IMG/VR virus record: IMGVR_UViG_3300009873_000001
Reading direction: 5' to 3' (one strand)
From: a virus
Lineage: Duplodnaviria > Caudoviricetes
DNA: 64,000 nucleotides
In this document: piece after piece, positions 62,495 through 64,000 of the stretch
How positions within the stretch are numbered: position 1 is the stretch's first letter
Layout of the letters: every line of letters starts with the position of its first letter
Made by a program: the position numbers and the translations under genes
The notes under the pieces: model-generated
Seen by the model: only the letters and a program-made list of their open reading frames with translations
What the model was told of the DNA's origin: nothing
Databases searched by the model: none

Positions 62495-62695
62495 GCGGCC
62501 TAGTGGGCTACGACCGCAAGCGCGCCAACAAACACCGCACGAACCACAAGCGCTGCCCGGCTTGCAAGAAGCTCAGGCGCTACCGAGATCACAATTCGTG
62601 GCGATCCCGCGGCAATCCGACAGCCCTAGGGCAGTGGGCGCTGGGCCCAGACGGCCACCTGATCTGTCCGACGTGCGCACAGAAGGGAGAGGCAA

Positions 62696-63139
62696 GTGGA
62701 CGAAGTGCTGCAGCGAGCGCTGAAGGAGCTTGAGCGCTCTGGGCGCCAGGTCGTCACCAGGCCGCCGCCAGACGTGATCAAGATACTGCGCGAGGCAGCT
62801 GCTAGAGCCGTCGTTGTAAACCCGAGCCTCGCTACGAGTCTGGCTGATTGGCTCAAAGAAAATGACCTCCAGGGCACCGGGTGCGTCATCTGCGACGCTG
62901 GTCAGCCAGCTCCAATGCACGGCTGCGTGGGCTACCTTGGCCCGACAGGTTTGCAACACCTGACCGGCCACCCCGGGCCGACTGGAGTCCAAGGCATGCC
63001 GGCTCCAGTGCCCCACGTTCACCCCAGCCAGGCCTTCCCAGCCCAGCCCAAGAAAGAGTCTGTGATCCGCACCTTCGCAGACCAGCGTTACGCCAAGCCG
63101 CAACAACAGCACAAGCCGAGGCTTAGGCGACGCCCGTAA
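62696..63139 (+). CDS. module B protein with short Gly-X-Y stretch
   Basis: MDEVLQRALKELERSGRQVVTRPPP; GYLGPTGLQ..GHPGPTGVQGMP. Confidence 0.75.
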   Translation: MDEVLQRALKELERSGRQVVTRPPPDVIKILREAAARAVVVNPSLATSLADWLKENDLQGTGCVICDAGQPAPMHGCVGYLGPTGLQHLTGHPGPTGVQGMPAPVPHVHPSQAFPAQPKKESVIRTFADQRYAKPQQQHKPRLRRRP

Positions 63140-63257
63140 CTGGTTGCTTTTTGGCGCTTTCCGTCGTAGTATCGACAGTAGAGGAGCTGCCGCATGTCCT
63201 GGCACCCAATAAGTAGCCGATAGCTCAAAAACTCAGCTATCGGTCGCGGAGGTGCAA

Positions 63258-64000
63258 GTGCGACCGGACATGCGGAAGGTGCTCACCGAGCGCTCGCGCT
63301 ACGGGACTAGGGTCAAGGATCCCAAGGGATACAGGAAGCAGCTCCAGCGCGACCTCGCGGGTGCGCAGGACTTCGTCCTCGAGCACGTTGTCGACGGCGT
63401 GATCTTCGTGTACGAGCACGAAGCTGAGACCGACCCGCCGCGCTGGGAGTCCATGCGCAAGAAGTGGAAGGCGCGCTTCTGCCACAAGACGCTCAACGAC
63501 CACGCGGCGCCGCTCGGAAAGCTCCTCATCAAGAACGCCGGCAGGGCGTGGGACCAGGTCTGGAGCGAAGTCTGCGAACACGCCGACGAGCGGTCGGTCA
63601 GCGGCCACCACCTCCGCGAGCACGTTTGGCGCTACGTGGAGCACCACGCATGGAAGGAGGAGGACGGACGTGTATGCGTCCTTCGCCGGTACTCTTACTC
63701 CTTTCCCACCGAGCTCCGGCCGGGATCGTTCTACGTCTGCCCGGAGACCAGGCTCCTCAAGGTCTACAAGCCGACCGCCCCCCAGCCGCCGCTACCGTGG
63801 AAGAGGCAGCCCGAACCGCCGCAGCGCGTCCAGGCCGGCCCGCTGCGTCAGTACCAGCTCGTGAACAACTGCTGGTTCGAGCTGCACCTGGCAGAGGTCA
63901 GCACAAGCGACCTCGCAGGTCCGCGCGACGCCTTCCTGCGCAAACAGCTCGTGGTCGGCAGCGGCTACAGCCCGGACCGCTCACTCCTGATCGAGACCTA
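63258..64000 (+). CDS. hypothetical protein, runs off the window end
   Basis: GGAGG RBS; MRPDMRKVLTER...LNDHAAPL...GRAWDQVWSEVC; no stop before 64000. Confidence 0.75.
   Translation, partial: MRPDMRKVLTERSRYGTRVKDPKGYRKQLQRDLAGAQDFVLEHVVDGVIFVYEHEAETDPPRWESMRKKWKARFCHKTLNDHAAPLGKLLIKNAGRAWDQVWSEVCEHADERSVSGHHLREHVWRYVEHHAWKEEDGRVCVLRRYSYSFPTELRPGSFYVCPETRLLKVYKPTAPQPPLPWKRQPEPPQRVQAGPLRQYQLVNNCWFELHLAEVSTSDLAGPRDAFLRKQLVVGSGYSPDRSLLIET

Noticed and set aside
1-64000. CRISPR array, reverse transcriptase systems (DGR, retron) or IS elements
   Set aside because: No regularly spaced repeats, RT motifs or transposase motifs were seen.
1-64000. Stop-codon reassignment
   Set aside because: TAG, TGA and TAA all end genes at tight junctions, and recognisable enzymes are intact under the standard code.

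Overview
High-GC window from the accessory or early region of a large phage (or phage-like element). It holds densely packed short ORFs, often with overlapping start and stop codons, in long same-strand blocks: + to ~6.3 kb, - ~6.4-20.0 kb, + 20.1-34.3 kb, - 34.2-46.0 kb, and mostly + after 46.1 kb. No capsid, tail, replication or host core genes are recognisable. RNA genes: a tmRNA with an unusually long tag, tRNA-Thr(UGU), tRNA-Lys(UUU), an unexplained 228-nt tRNA-shaped RNA, and a structured 185-nt element after a coiled-coil gene. Recognisable proteins: a collagen-like protein, a C5 DNA methyltransferase encoded in two overlapping frames, an N4/N6 methyltransferase, a Cre-like tyrosine recombinase, an HNH endonuclease, a metallophosphoesterase, two DEDDh exonucleases, a CPBP protease, a SLOG protein and HTH/RHH regulators. 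The most striking pattern is two related N-terminal modules (A: 'MSDxRLRELERRAxAGDxEA'; B: 'MDExLQRALREAERAGxxLVPRP') at the start of about 20 otherwise unrelated proteins. This suggests a shared targeting or docking system. All family names come from motif recognition by eye, not from database searches.
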